Notes: generated from the sequence alone by a model not told the origin. Positions 42,040 through 56,070 are shown, counted from the first letter of the stretch. The stretch: DNA of 64,000 bases from Octopus bimaculoides (GCF_001194135.2 NC_068990.1:72613465-72677464), one strand, 5' to 3'. Numbers and translations are program-made.

Positions 42040-42410
42040 ATTATTTTCTTTCCTGGTTTCAGTCATTGAGCTGTGACCATGCTGCAGCACTGCCTTCAAG
42101 GGCTTAGTCGATCAGATCAAATGTAGTGCTAATCTTTTCAAGTTAGGCTGGAACTTATTTTACTAATTTCTTATTTGTTGAAATGATTAGTTATGGGACA
42201 TAAATAAACATGCATACAGATGGGGATACACACATGCATATGACAGGTTTCCATACAGGTTCCGTCCATCAAATTTCACTCACAAAGGCATTAGTCAACC
42301 AAAGGATATAGTAGAATCCACTTGCCCAAATTATTACGCTGTGGGATTGAACCTGAAACTGAGTAGTTACAAAGCAAACATTTTAACCATCAAACCATGC
42401 CTGTGTCTGT
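42040..42410 (-). mobile_element. SINE family A
   Basis: tttcagtcattgagctgtgaccatgctgcagcact..aaatttcactcacaaagg..gggattgaacc. Confidence 0.8.
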
Positions 42411-42814
42411 ATATAACATGCCTGTATAACAAGATAGAAAGATAAAATATATTCTTTTCTATAGAGAAACATACAAAAAGCTCTTACCTAGCCTTAGGAA
42501 AGTAGATACAGAAATTATATTTTAAAACCAGATGGACCAAGAAGCAAGTGAGAATTATTGATTTGATAATTATACTAATTATACCAAACTGATTGCAAAC
42601 AAACTGAGAGTAGTCTTGATATGTCTTGTTTGAGAATATTCCCTTTGATTGATGTGATACTGACATTGAAATTATGCTGATCACAAAGAAAAAGAAAATT
42701 CTACATATCAGTTTTGAAAGATGAAAAGAAACTGAACAAGTGGTTGGAGCATTACACCAAATTATTTTGTATCTAGTCTTACACAACACAAAACATATTA
42801 CTTAGACATATACC

Positions 42815-43100
42815 TGACGTGAACTCTAAGACTCATGAGGATAGAGTTTAACCCCAGTCCCTATGGTGTATAAGTAACTGAGTGAGATTACAATGCTCTC
42901 CACTTGACGGGAAGTCAGTCTGTCACAGGGTTAACTTCCCAGGTATTGCCGGAACTCATGTGCAGCTGAGAGGACTGGAGCAATGTGAAAAGAAGTGTTT
43001 TGCTCAAGTATTAAATGCACCACCTGGTCCAGGAACTGAAACCACAACCTTAGGATTATAACTGCACACCCTAACCACTAAGCCATATGACTTCACTAGA
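42815..43100 (-). mobile_element. SINE family D (tRNA-like head, different tail)
   Basis: RC head atggcttagtggttagggtg, ttgagcaaaacacttcttttcacattgctccagt; related copy at 56455-56690. Confidence 0.75.
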
Positions 43101-43478
43101 GCTTAATGTAAACTTATCCAGTTTGGAAGATATTTTCAAATAAAGTACATGTATGGTAGTAGTAGTAGAGGTGTTGATATAAGGTACATGCAAAGTGGTG
43201 GTGTCAGATATGAATGAGTAGAATCTAAAATCAAAAATATTTTAGTCATGAATGTCCTATCCTTTTCTTTGGTGCTGAGCACTCAGGACCATATTCCCAA
43301 ATAGATCCTCCTTTTCTAAGATGGTTGGGGTGTGATGAGGGAGATTTGACTCTTTTGTCTAGCAGGTCAAGAGACCATGAAGAGGCTCTGTTGTTGGCTT
43401 GAAAAATGTATACACAAATATTACATATTCAAAATATGCACATGAGTGTCTTAAGTAATTCTTTCCCTAGTTTTCATA

Positions 43479-43522
<44 letters not shown>

Positions 43523-44390
43523 NNNNNNNNNNNNNNNNNNNNNNNNNNNNNNNNNNNNNNNNNNNNNNNNNNNNNNNNNNNNNNNNNNNNNNNNNNNNNN
43601 NNNNNNNNNNNNNNNNNNNNNNNNNNNNNNNNNNNNNNNNNNNNNNNNNNNNNNNNNNNNNNNNNNNNNNNNNNNNNNNNNNNNNNNNNNNNNNNNNNNN
43701 NNNNNNNNNNNNNNNNNNNNNNNNNNNNNNNNNNNNNNNNNNNNNNNNNNNNNNNNNNNNNNNNNNNNNNNNNNNNNNNNNNNNNNNNNNNNNNNNNNNN
43801 NNNNNNNNNNNNNNNNNNNNNNNNNNNNNNNNNNNNNNNNNNNNNNNNNNNNNNNNNNNNNNNNNNNNNNNNNNNNNNNNNNNNNNNNNNNNNNNNNNNN
43901 NNNNNNNNNNNNNNNNNNNNNNNNNNNNNNNNNNNNNNNNNNNNNNNNNNNNNNNNNNNNNNNNNNNNNNNNNNNNNNNNNNNNNNNNNNNNNNNNNNNN
44001 NNNNNNNNNNNNNNNNNNNNNNNNNTATATATATATATATATATATATGAGAGGGACAGACAGATATACAGATGGTCAAATGAATGGATAGACAGACAGA
44101 TAGATGGATAGAGCAGTGAATGGATAGACAAACAGACAGGTGCATGGATGGATAGATAGGTGACAGATGGATAGATCATCATCATCATTTAACGTCCATT
44201 GCATTGTCCATGCTGGTATGGGTGTGTTTACATGGCACCAGTATGGGTCCTTTTTATGCAGTAGCAGCACCTGCGAACCTGCAGGTTTAAGAATGCTCAG
44301 CTGGAGAGGGATGTAGGGAATGGCCTGTATGCAAGGACAACCACAAAAAGATAGATAGTTGCTAGATAGACTGCTACACAGATAGATACA

Positions 44391-44427
<37 letters not shown>

Positions 44428-44615
44428 TATATACAGAAAGATATATATATATGTGTGTGTGTATAGGGAGAGAGTAGAGAGAGACAGAGATAGACTGACA
44501 GACAGATAGATAGATCGACAGACTGATGGATGGACAGACAGATGAGTGTATAGAGATATGGATACAAAGAGAGAGAGAGAGAGAGAAATGGATAGATAGA
44601 TGGATAGATAGATAG

Positions 44616-44698
<83 letters not shown>

Positions 44699-45879
44699 GA
44701 TAGATAGATAGATAATAGATGAATAGACAGATAACCGGATAAATAGATGGACATGTAGATGGGTAAATAGATGAATAGGCAGATACATTGATAGGAAGAT
44801 AAATAAGCAGATAAAATGTTAGATACATACAGACATGCTGACAGACAGAGACATAAAGAATGCAGTAGAATAACAATGAAATACCATCTAAAAATAGATA
44901 TGGTAGAAGGGGATGAATAATCAACAGGAGGTTATCACTGATTCAGAGAGAAATACAAAAAGAAAAGGCTGTTGATGATAGGAAAATAAAAAAATAAAAT
45001 AAAAAATACATTACCTGACATCATATGAAATACGATTTAAAATATATTTGAGACAATATGAAAGCTTACAGCTCAAACTCATGAAAGTCTAAAGAAACTC
45101 ATTTTTATGAAACCTCCTTAAAAGACGATTCATTAAAAGTTAATTCTTTTTTTTTTCAAAAATGTTAAATTAAAACAGCTGATAGTCAGTGAGAATTAAA
45201 AGAAATAATAAAGACTGACAAGTAAGTTTATGACTATAAACAAACAACACTGACTATTGTTAGTAGATGATAGGATGTTTCGCAATGGGTTTGAATTATA
45301 TAATTATGAACTTATTTGGTAAACAATAAGTTGTCTCCCTTTAAATTAACACTGTAAAGGGTAAAAAATCAATTCTGGGAAAATACTTATTGCATACAAT
45401 AATATAAATAGCCTACGTAGAGTGTTACTAATATCTAGTTTGAAAATATTTATCGAATTAAGATTGTGTCTGTGTAACATTGATCAAAGTATTAAGTATT
45501 AGTTACTAATAAGATTTTAGTCTACACATTTAGGATGGATGAATTTCCAAGGATTGACAAGTCCGGGTTGGTATACAAACCATGCAGACTCAACTCACTG
45601 GGAAGAGAAGAGGAGCAAAGAATTAGTTTTGGTTAGATTAGTACAAATTGGATTAGTTCAAGGCTAGGCTTCTATCCCCACCTCTCTCTTTATTATAGAT
45701 TAAATGGTAATATATGGAGAGGAGAAAAAGTATGCACGATAATTTAATGTGCTGCCTTGTGGGGACATGAATGCAGTGAGGTATACCGCAGAAATAGCAG
45801 CCAACAAAATAATTACAAAAGTGGTTAAGTGTGTGTGTGTGTGTGGGTGCTCATACATGTGCGTGTGTGTTGGTTGAGA

Positions 45880-47400
45880 ATAATATTGATAGGTCAATGC
45901 GTGAAAGAGTTTGTAGCACAATTGATTACGAGCAAAATAAACCACCCCCTAGATGAGATGCAGTTCAGTTTTATGCCAGAAGGATTTACGTGCAGAAGTA
46001 CTTATCGAGGGGTAAAGCCCAATATGTCACATTTAACAGTCTGGAGAAGAGTTTGACAGGGTTCCGTAATCTGCAGCCTGGTGGTCACTAAGGAAACTAG
46101 GGATAGACAAATGGCTTCTGACAACTATACAAGCCATGTATAGAAGTGCAGTCTTCAAGGTGAGAGCTAGGAAGGAGTTCAACAAACACACTAGGTAGCT
46201 AGGGGTTTGCCGGAGTTCAGTCCTTAGCATGTTCCAGTTCATTATAATTCTCCAGGCTACAACATAGGAGTTTAAGATCAGTTGTCCAATGGGAGCTCAT
46301 ATGCTGGCGATTTAGTTCTTGTAGCCAGATCTGAAGAAAATTCAAAGAAATTCCATACAGAGAAGCAAAATCTAGAATCAAGAGTAAACTGAACAGACAG
46401 AAGAAAGAAAAGGCTGTTATCAAACAGGGAAATGGTTGTGTTTTGTCTGCAGAAATTCTATATGGTGTACCCAGTATAAAGCATGGGCTCAGATGAGATG
46501 TAATGATATCACAGGCAGACTAACAGAAAAAAATTTGATACCATAAATGGCAGATGCACAGGTGTAGTTAGCAATATGAATACACATAAAATCAAATGTT
46601 AGGGAGGCTCACTAGTAGTGGTTGATGACTTTTGTTATCTAGGTGATCTAACTTAAGAGAAGTGGCAGGCAGTACTGTCTTAAGACATGAGAACCTGGAC
46701 GCCCTCACAGGTCTGGGGACCCAATCTTGATCTATATATGTTGTGGTTTACTGTTGATAAATGAACACTATAAGACCCAGTGCACTGATTTGCCCAGGCG
46801 CCTATAATGCTGCTACGATGGCTCTTGAGGTGGGTGTATCAATGGCATAGGAGCTAGAGTAAGAACAGGGTGGAAAAAGTTTAAGGAATCATTACCTCTG
46901 CTGATAACAAAAGATTTCTCTCAGAGTTAAGGGGTAACTGGATGATGAAATGCAATGCTGTATAGTAGCATAAATTTAAGACATGATATGTTGGAAATTG
47001 AGACAGCAAGGAAGAAACAGGAAGAAATGAAGTAAGATCTGCTAGATATGTGATGTTGGCTTTTATGAACAACTATGTAGAAAGGAATAGAGAAGAAAAA
47101 AAATGGCAATGAGGAAGGAATTAGAATGTGCAAAAGTGAGAGAGAGAGAGAGAGAGAGAGAAGACTGTGCTGGTATGGATGTGTGATACATTTGGAGTAT
47201 ACCAGCTGCGTAAAGATGTTCTGAGCGCTCAAAGAACATGGAATCTGTAGAAGACTCAGAAAGTCATAGGCCAAAATGGTGATGGCTAATCTCAGGAAGC
47301 CAAATCTCATGAAAGAGCGACAAAGTACAATGACGAGTGGTAATGTGATACTGGAGAAGGCCCACTCTTAAATGCAACCGCAGGGAAAACAATCGTTATA
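45880..47400 (+). mobile_element. Fragmented RTE LINE interrupted by a small insertion near 46670-46830
   Basis: FVAQLI....LDEMQFSFMP, later VVDDFCYLGDL-like and WYG/EHGICRR-like 3' motifs. Confidence 0.7.
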
Positions 47401-49169
47401 ATGATGGATGGTGGTGGTGGTGAGGTTAGGATAATATTTCTACATTTGAGTCCTTGTTCATTATATTAATTATATTCCTATTAATTCTCCTTCAATTGCA
47501 ATCTTCATTACTCTCTGAACTGTCAATCTCGCCACAGTTATTCACTGCGCATCATCTGAGTAATGAGTAACAGCACTGGATTTATCAAAAGTCAATCCTT
47601 TCAGCCATTGCCCTTTGTCATCCTACATTTCTACTGTTGTGATGACTGTATAACAAAGGATGGCTAGCCTTCGTTGCCTTTCCCACCATATCATCATTCA
47701 TCACTCTCTCTCTTAGCATCACCCATCTTTATTGCTATTCTTCAATCCTTCACTCTTTCTCTCACATCATTTCCTCTTCTATTTTTCTTCACTGACACAT
47801 ATCACTCTACTCAGCGTTAACTCCCATCACTCACCTCCCCTTCTATTTCTCCTCCTGTCATCTCCATCATGTAGCTGCTCATCACTGTCTCCCTTCCATT
47901 GCTCCCTCCTCTAACACCCAATTAACTATGCTTCTCCTATCACATTCATATCCTTTCTTCTATTCATCTCTTCGGTCATGTCTGCATTGAATGAAGACAA
48001 GAGGACCTCTCTAATGCTTGTGCCATGATAAGCAGCATTGATTATGCCGCACAGAATGGTTAGCAAGTTAACCCCTTAGAATTTAAATCTGCCATATCTA
48101 GCCCAGATATCTTACCTGTTTTATGGTCAAACCAGCCAAATTTGGTTAGCAGACTTTTGTTTCTGGTTTGGCATGGATTTTATGGCTAGATGCCCTTCCT
48201 AACACCAACCACCCCACAGAGTGGACTGAGTGCTTTTTACATGGCACCAACACAGGTGAGAGTCAATGTGAATCAATAAGCATTTTGTCAGACAAAATAA
48301 TCTAAAAGTTAGTGGGTTAAAGGAGACAACATAAGATAGAGAGGACTCATCTGTCTTACCAGAAACTTGGCAATCTTTAGAGCAATGATGTCACAATAAA
48401 ATGTTCCTTGCACACACTGTAAAATGATTGGTGTTACAAAGGGCACAGTGCTGTAGAAGTCATGCTAGATACAATGTATGAGTGAGATGTGGCTCCCCAA
48501 CTTGTCACTAATTCCAAATAGGAGGTAACAAGGTAACTCGTGACAAGCCATCCAACCTATGCCAGCATGGAAAACTAACATACAATAATGATGATGGTTG
48601 TTATTGCTTAGGTTCATGCTACTCCTGATAAAGGTATTCTGACATTCCGGACATGACCACTCCACCTTTTTTTCTTTCTTTCTCAAGCACATTGCACTCA
48701 AGACCACATTAGGCCAATGTGACCAGTGCTGAGACAGTAACATATGATTCAAGGAAAAATCTGGCTGCTATGTCTAGCATGTCAAGCGACCATATAGAGG
48801 CTTTCTCACTGAGCTTTGAAGTTGCATATAGCTAAGAGAATATACACTCATATAGACTATTTAATGATAGAGTGAAGAGGTTTGATTCAGTCAGTTTATT
48901 ATGAATGGAAACACTAATTCTAACAGTGTTCATTGATTCTCAGATGCTTTTTTTTTTAATTGATTTATTTTCTTCTTCTGCCATATAGATTTTCAACATG
49001 GTCATTTCTATTCTTAATTTAATTTTACTGCCATTCTGTTTCAATTAGTTGATACTTAGAGTGTCGGAAATTAAATAGAAAAGTAAAAACTAAAATTCTG
49101 AAAATACTAAGTTCTTTTAATCTGATTAGTGTTACCACACAGACACCAGATAAAGTCCATCAATAAATC

Positions 49170-49860
49170 ACTTATATCTTTTATTTGTTTCAATCAATAG
49201 ACTGTGGCCATGCTGGGGCACTGCCTTGAAGAATTTTTGTAAAATGAATCAACCCAGTACTTATTCTATCAGTCTCTTTTGCTGAACCACTAAGTGATGG
49301 AGAGATAAACAATCACAAAGACACAAACACACACATAAATGATGGGTTTCTTTCAGATTCTGTCGACCAAATCCACTCACAAAGCTTTGGTCAACTGAGA
49401 CTTTAGTAGAAGACACTTGCTCAAGGTGCCACACAGTAGGACTGAACTCAGAACCATGTGGTTGGGAGGCAAACTTCGTACTACATGGCCATCTATATTA
49501 CTTACTTTTAACTTGTTTCAGTCTTTGGACTGTGGCCATGCGGAGGCATTGCCTTGAATGGTTTTAGTCAAACAAATCAACCCTAGAACTTATTTTAAAG
49601 CCTGGTACTTAATCTTTTGGTCTTACAGGAATGTAAACAAACCAACAACAGGTGTCAAGTGGTAGCTGGGGAGAAGCACAAACACAAGGACATGCACACA
49701 TTTATATATATACAATGAGCTTCTTTTAGTTTCTATCTACCAAATCTACTCACAAGGCTTTAATCATCCTGGGGCTATGGTGGAAGACACTTGTCCAAAG
49801 TGCTGTGCAGTGGGACTGAACCAAAGACCACATTGTTGGGAAACCAGCTTCTCACACAGC
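49170..49860 (-). mobile_element. Two head-to-tail SINE family A copies
   Basis: gactgtggccatgc..gcactgccttgaa repeated at about 49200 and 49530, each followed by caaatc.actcacaa.gct. Confidence 0.85.
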
Positions 49861-50464
49861 CGGTAAGTATGATGTTCTTTTATCCTAATTGGAAATATCA
49901 TGACATTCTACCAGATTACTTGGCCATTTACACATTTGTATTGAAGTCTAACCTTAACAACTCAGATCAGGTCATTTCACAGCATAGACTTATAGACACT
50001 GTGGTAAACTGCATGCTAGAGTAGCAACCAACCCACCACAAAAAAACAAAAAACAAAAACAAAAAAACAACTTTTTTTTGAAATTCTAACACTTGTTTGA
50101 TATCTTTCTAACTAAACATAAATCTAAAGTGTATGCGTATGTAGACTTTACCACTGTAGTAAAAAACAGTTTGAGAAAAAAAATAAGATAATGAAACAAT
50201 ATACTATTTCAGTAAGCAATGATACAGAAGGTAGTTTATGCTTAACAATTCAAGAAGATGGATACTTACTAATAGCATGAGCAAACTAATAGCTGGAAAG
50301 GATGGTAAATCTGGTTAATTTCGTTTGATCATGGATGAAACGCTACAGACAATGAGAGATGTTATATCTGCAGTGGTAGAGATATTATAGCAGAATTATT
50401 AAGGTATCCTTGTGAGCAGAATTAATTATATCAAAATGGGTTAGAGCAAGACACAACTTTATGT

Positions 50465-50640
50465 ACATTACCTTTATCTGGCACACTCTGTAAAGTGGTT
50501 GGCATTAGGAAGGACATCCAACCACAGAAACCAAGCCAAAACAGACCATGGAACCTGGTGCGGCTCCTGATCTTGCCAGTTCCTGTCAAGCCATCCAACC
50601 CATGCCAGCATGGAAAATGGATGTTAAATGTTGATGGTGA
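50465..50640 (-). mobile_element. RTE-type 3' tail
   Basis: Written in its own sense on + as ggttggcattaggaaggacatcca..ccatgccagcatggaaaatgga; strand call uncertain (reads like the + copy at 33860). Confidence 0.55.
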
Positions 50641-51283
50641 TGTACTAGTAACCCAGGTAGTGTAACAGACTGGTGTTCTAAATGCCATTCTCCTTTGCCC
50701 AATGAAAGCTGAGCTAAACACCAGACATTCATTTCGCTTTTTGTTGTTGCCATATTACAGTGTGGGAGATGAATACCATAGTATAGTGAGGAGTACAATT
50801 ATAGATTTTGGTAACTAAATATGGAAGTCAATGGCTGTGAGGTCAAGACGTAAGATTATTGATCACTTAGTGGTCATGAAATTAAATCTTACTAAAGATA
50901 GTCATAGTGTTTGGCTGCCAGACAGGCACATAGTTCTGTCTATCACAATCTACATGACTGAAAACAAGCAATGTTTCTATGTCATAGACAAACGCATTGG
51001 ACTGAAGTTTAGATTTGTAGTCATTGAGGCATAAGAAATAAATAAAGTGTTTCTTTCAGTAATGTATCATCGTAACTTGTTCACATAAGAATAAACTAGA
51101 AAGATGGTTCTTTTAAGAACAATGTGTAAAATACCACAGGAATAGCTTTGGGGTAGGACATTTGCTTCCCAACCACATAGCTTCAGGTTCATTCCCACTG
51201 CTTGTCATCTCGAACAAATATCTTCTATACCTCTGGGATGACCAAAGCCTTGTGAGTGGATTTGGTAAATAGAAACTAAGAGA

Positions 51284-51513
51284 GGCGGCGAGCTGGCAGA
51301 AACGTTAGCATGCCGGGCGAAATGCTGAGTGGTATTTCGTCTGCCGCTACGTTATGAGTTCAAATTCCGCCAAGGTCGAATTTTCCTTTCATCCTTTGGG
51401 GTCAATAAATTAAGTACCAGTTACGCACTGGGGTTGATGTAATCGACTTAATCCCTTTGTCTGTCCTTGTTTGTCCCCTCTATGTTTAGCCCCTTGTGGG
51501 CAATAAAGAAATA
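51284..51513 (+). mobile_element. SINE family B, young, with 13-bp target-site duplication
   Basis: agaaactaagaga at 51271-51283 and 51514-51526; many CpGs retained. Confidence 0.92.
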
Positions 51514-51556
51514 AGAAACTAAGAGAAGCCTGTTATACAGATATATATATATATGA

Positions 51557-51875
51557 AGGTGGTTAGAGCATTGGGCTCACAATCATGAGGTAGTGAGTTC
51601 GATTCCCGGACTGGGCTGTGTGTTATGTTCTTGAGCAAGACACTTTATTTCTCAATTCTCCAGTTCACTCAGCTGTAGAAATGAGTTGTAACATCACTGG
51701 TGCCAAGCTGTATTGGCCTTTGCCTTGAATAATATCAATGGCATGAAGAGGGGAGGTTGGTATGCATGGGCGACTGCAGGTCTTCTATAGACAACATTGA
51801 CTGGACTAGTGCCTTGGAGGGGAACTTTCTAGGAGCAGCGCCATGGTCATTCATGACTAAAAGGGGTCTTTACCC
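51557..51875 (+). mobile_element. SINE family C
   Basis: ggttagagcattgggctcacaatcatgaggtagtgagttcgattcccgg; collinear with 18695-18985. Confidence 0.85.
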
Positions 51876-51886
51876 TTTTATATATA

Positions 51887-51936
<50 letters not shown>

Positions 51937-52611
51937 CGTGTGTTTATGTTAATGTAACTTAGTGTTTTGGCAAAATAGACCAGTAGAATTGGTACCAAAC
52001 TTAAAAAAAAAAAAAAAGAAGTACAGAGGTAGATCTGTTCAACTAAACCCTTCAAAGTGGTGCCCCAGCAAGGCTGCAGTCCAATGACTGAAACAAGTAA
52101 AAGAAATAAAATACATATTAGGAGTCAAAAAAAGTGTTCATTTCAACCACTGTTTTGAAAGTCACAAGACCAAATAATTCAAGTCCAGAAAGGTAAAAAA
52201 ACCCAGAAATATGGCCACAACATACAAACCTAACTGAAGGAAGCGAGAGTATGGGTCTGAATATATCAAACATACGTGCTTGTTCACAGCTTGTTCATAA
52301 ATATCTGCAGTCAGCCTTGCCAATATAGTGAAATAGTATGATTCAGTCTAATCCACTAAAATAGGATGAGAAATATAGATGCTAAATCTGGAAAAATGAT
52401 TCATATAAGTGATTACGCCTCTCTATGAAAATAACTCGGAATCAATAAAAAAAAAATGTTTATCAATAATTTAAGGCCAATTTAAGAGTTTACATAAGCT
52501 CACTCACCAAACTCATTATTTTTCTGTATGTATTACACTCATCATTGCAATAGAGAGGTTTCGAATGAAATCAGGAAAGTCATCGACTATGAATTCCGTA
52601 GTATGCTAACA

Positions 52612-52692
52612 GGTAGGAGAAGGAGGAAAAGGAGAAGGAGTAGAATGAGGAGGAGGAGGAGGAGAAGAAGAAGGAGGAGAGGGAGAAGAAGA
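52612..52692 (+). repeat. Purine trinucleotide microsatellite (AGG/AGA)n
   Basis: Direct reading. Confidence 0.9.
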
Positions 52693-53199
52693 TTTAGAGC
52701 CCTCTATTAAGTATAGAGAAAAGCTATATATTTAAAAACTGATACAAAAGGCCATTAATCAACAAATATTAATGACAATGTGTTTATGATGATGGAAGTG
52801 TGTTCATGTAATAATTCAACAGATACTGTGGACAGGAAGTGTTGTGGTAGCCAAGATTATACATACCTAATAAGTATTTGGGCAATTCTTTTTCTAAGAA
52901 AAGGTGAACATTCAGGAGATAGCTTAAGTTTAAAACTAAAATATAAATATTCTGATCGAATCTTCCTTGTGTCAACACACACCTCCTTGCAACAATGTAA
53001 CTTTTAATTTAATCAAGATATCCTTGGCCTGAAGAGTAGTCGCCAGTATACACCACATTTGGATTTTACCACTTCTGAGGTTCCACTCAATTTGAAATGT
53101 ATGTAGCCCAGATCTTTCCTACTCCATTCTGTAACTCTTATACACACACACACACATTATATTATAATATATATATATACCAAATTATATAATATATAC

Positions 53200-53950
53200 A
53201 CCTATATATAGGCAAGAGTGGGGAAAACAAGGGTGGGGTGTGGGTTAGGTGGGGTATGTAGGAGGATAGGGAAGGTGGAGTTGGAATGTGTAGGGGTGGG
53301 GTTACGAGGCAGGGGAAGGAGAAGGTGGGTAGGAGTGAAGAGAAGAGAGGAGAGTAGGAGTTGGAGCAAGAGAGAAGAGGTGGGTGAGAGGAAGTAGGTG
53401 TGAGGGGGAGAGAGGCGAGGGGAGGAGAGTTGAGCCCATGTGGTGCAAAGGAGCGAAGAGAAAAGATTAATCCCTGTTCATGGTGCAAACGGGTGTCCGG
53501 ATGGCCCCTGTGCAAGGACAATCCGAACACGGACAGGTGTTGCAAAAAGTGACTGGTAGAGCGGAAATGGCGTGAGACCGGGGTGTCATTGCCGAGTCAG
53601 ATGTCTCAGAGGTGTTCTGTGAACCGGTCAGTCAAGCAGTGTCCCGTCAGCCCAATGTATAGAGAAGGGCAGAGAGCGCAGGAGATGCAGTAGATGACAT
53701 TGGTAGACATGCAGGTGAAGGAAGGAGTCGGTGATGTGATAGGGTCGATGATGGGTGCCGGTGAGGAGGGTGGTATTGGAGAGGTAAGCGCAAGTGCGGC
53801 AGCATGGGCGGGAGCAGGGGAATGAGCTGGGTTGGAAGGTTGGGTTAAGGAAGAAGCTGTGGACCAAGAGGTCTCGCAGGTTGTGGGCTCATTTCGCTGG
53901 AAGGCTCAGAGAATGGTGTGTTGGAGAGGTAGAGTGGTAGGTGAGGGGAA
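53200..53950 (-). mobile_element. Penelope-like element remnant: GIY-YIG endonuclease plus pyrimidine-rich 3' region
   Basis: NLRDLLVHS..FPCSRPCCRTC..(frameshift)..TCMSTNVIYCISCALCPSLYIGLTG..L.DRFTEHL*DI*..PVSRHF..EQGLIFSLRSFAPHGLN. Confidence 0.9.
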
Positions 53951-54120
53951 ACACAGACATACTAATATATACATATTTATATATGACAGGCTTCTTTCAG
54001 TTTCCATCTACCAAATTCACTCACAAGGCTTTGGTAGGCCTGAGGCTATAGTACAAGACACTTGCCCAAGATTTCAAGCAGTGGGACTGAACCTGGAAGC
54101 AAGCCACTCCTGCACCTATG
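53950..54120 (-). mobile_element. SINE family A fragment
   Basis: gacaggcttctttcagtttccatctaccaaattcactcacaaggctttgg. Confidence 0.8.
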
Positions 54121-54201
54121 AGTACACAGATACATTTTTTCTATTAAATGTATTTAATATTCTGTGTAAATTGACTTGTTTAACTTACTTCTCATTACAT
54201 T

Positions 54202-54236
<35 letters not shown>

Positions 54237-55739
54237 NNNNNNNNNNNNNNNNNNNNNNNNNNNNNNNNNNNNNNNNNNNNNNNNNNNNNNNNNNNNNNNN
54301 NNNNNNNNNNNNNNNNNNNNNNNNNNNNNNNNNNNNNNNNNNNNNNNNNNNNNNNNNNNNNNNATATATATACTGTGTTTATTTGTGTATAGGGTGCACT
54401 ATTTCATACCTGATTATAACTTTAAAAAAATGGGGAGTGACTAATACATGACTAAATAAAATATATAAACACCATTAAGTTCAACAAATTACTTTGCTTT
54501 ACCTATGACATTATGGGAAGTGTATATATATATATATATATATACATACATACATATTTGTTTGTGTGTGTGTGTAAGTGTGGTGGAAGGGCATGTGTAC
54601 AAAGCCTTAGCAAGCTCTATAGGACAGGTGAGACTGATGTGGTTAATTGCTTCTCTTGAACTGCATGTTGGCAACCACAGGAAAATCACGGATGTGAAGG
54701 AAATTCTAGAGGGCTAACATTTCGGCAAGGAAGAAATAGGTATAATTACATTAATGCATAAGCCTGATGGAATAGACAATGTGGAAGAGACAAGAGTCGA
54801 GTAGGCCTAAGTGGAGGTAGCACACATACACACACACTTATTCATGTGTGTAACTGTGTGATTATAAGCTAAGTAGAAAATGCATTAAAGCCTGGATTTC
54901 TTACCTAGAGCATAAAACATTAAACTGCAGTGCAAAAAAAGGCTGCAAACACTGCAAAAGAGCAATACAGAATATAGCTGAAATATTGCTTATGTGCAAC
55001 ATCCTGTTCGTTCAATTCAATTTCTCAAGAGAAGGAAGCACACTAGAAACTAAACCCCAACAATGGCTGTATAATTAAACTATCAGACTCCTTTTTATTT
55101 TTGGTTTATATATTTTTGAGACAACTTGTAACATAAAACAGTTCAAGTTTATCAGATGTTTAATCTCATCATTGGCGTTTCTGTTTACACTATATTTCCT
55201 CAAGGAATATATATGTGTTTATATGTGTGAAAAAAATATGCATGCATGCATGCATGCTTACACAAACAGGGCAACTAAAGGTAATCAGAATATACTGATA
55301 GAAACAGTTAAAAGAGCAGTTACTAATTTGATAAATCACTGCTCAATTGTGCTGCATTATTCACACTTTATTTCTCATCAATCTTTATCCTTTCTTGTTT
55401 TCAGAGTTACAACATTAAACAGAATTACACTGAAAAAAAGCATTGTCTTCATCCAACTTATTATACCTAAAACTACTTGCAACACCTTCACAACTGATTA
55501 AGCATATTATATCTAATCCTACTGTTGGAGAGAGGCTGAAATGGCCAAATGGTTAATAAAATAAAATAAAAAAAATAGTGGGAGGCGTATAACTGTTGAT
55601 CTCCCATCCCTTGTTTAATCCATAAGTATTTAGTAATACTTGTGAAGTAGTTTCTTCTACCAAAAATCGAAATTAAGAAGCCATGGCCTATTTTATAAAT
55701 AAAGTATCCTTGTTTAATGACAGTAGCTGTGTAACTAGT

Positions 55740-56070
55740 TGTTCACATTTTTCAAGGATGAGGGAACAAACATGCAGTACAACTTTACAAGCAATAAATT
55801 TCAGTATTAGTAATGAACTGAAAATTAAGTGAACTGCAATACAAGCAAGCCAAGGGAGAAACACTTGTGACAGAGGAAGACCAAGGAAGTCATGCCACCC
55901 AAAACAGGTGTAAAAAATGACCTCAGAAGGCTGAAATCTCACGAAGGAGATGAACAAGGGGGCACAGCAAAAAGTGAAAACAATAAGCTGGAAAAACCTC
56001 AAACAACCCATGCAAACATGGAAAATGGAAGTAATGCCACCACTACCACTGATGATGATGATGAAACTTA
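55740..56070 (+). mobile_element. Decayed RTE 3' end
   Basis: gacagaggaagaccaaggaag, aaatgacctcaga, acccatgcaaacatggaaaatgga, (GAT)n. Confidence 0.7.

Larger units (their letters stand above)
51150..52110 (+). mobile_element. SINE family A copy hosting nested SINE B and SINE C insertions
   Basis: A head 51150-51283, resumes 51514-51545, resumes about 51880-52110. Confidence 0.85.

Noticed and set aside
52528-52710. Arg-rich protamine-like ORF
   Set aside because: Translation of an (AGG/AGA)n microsatellite.
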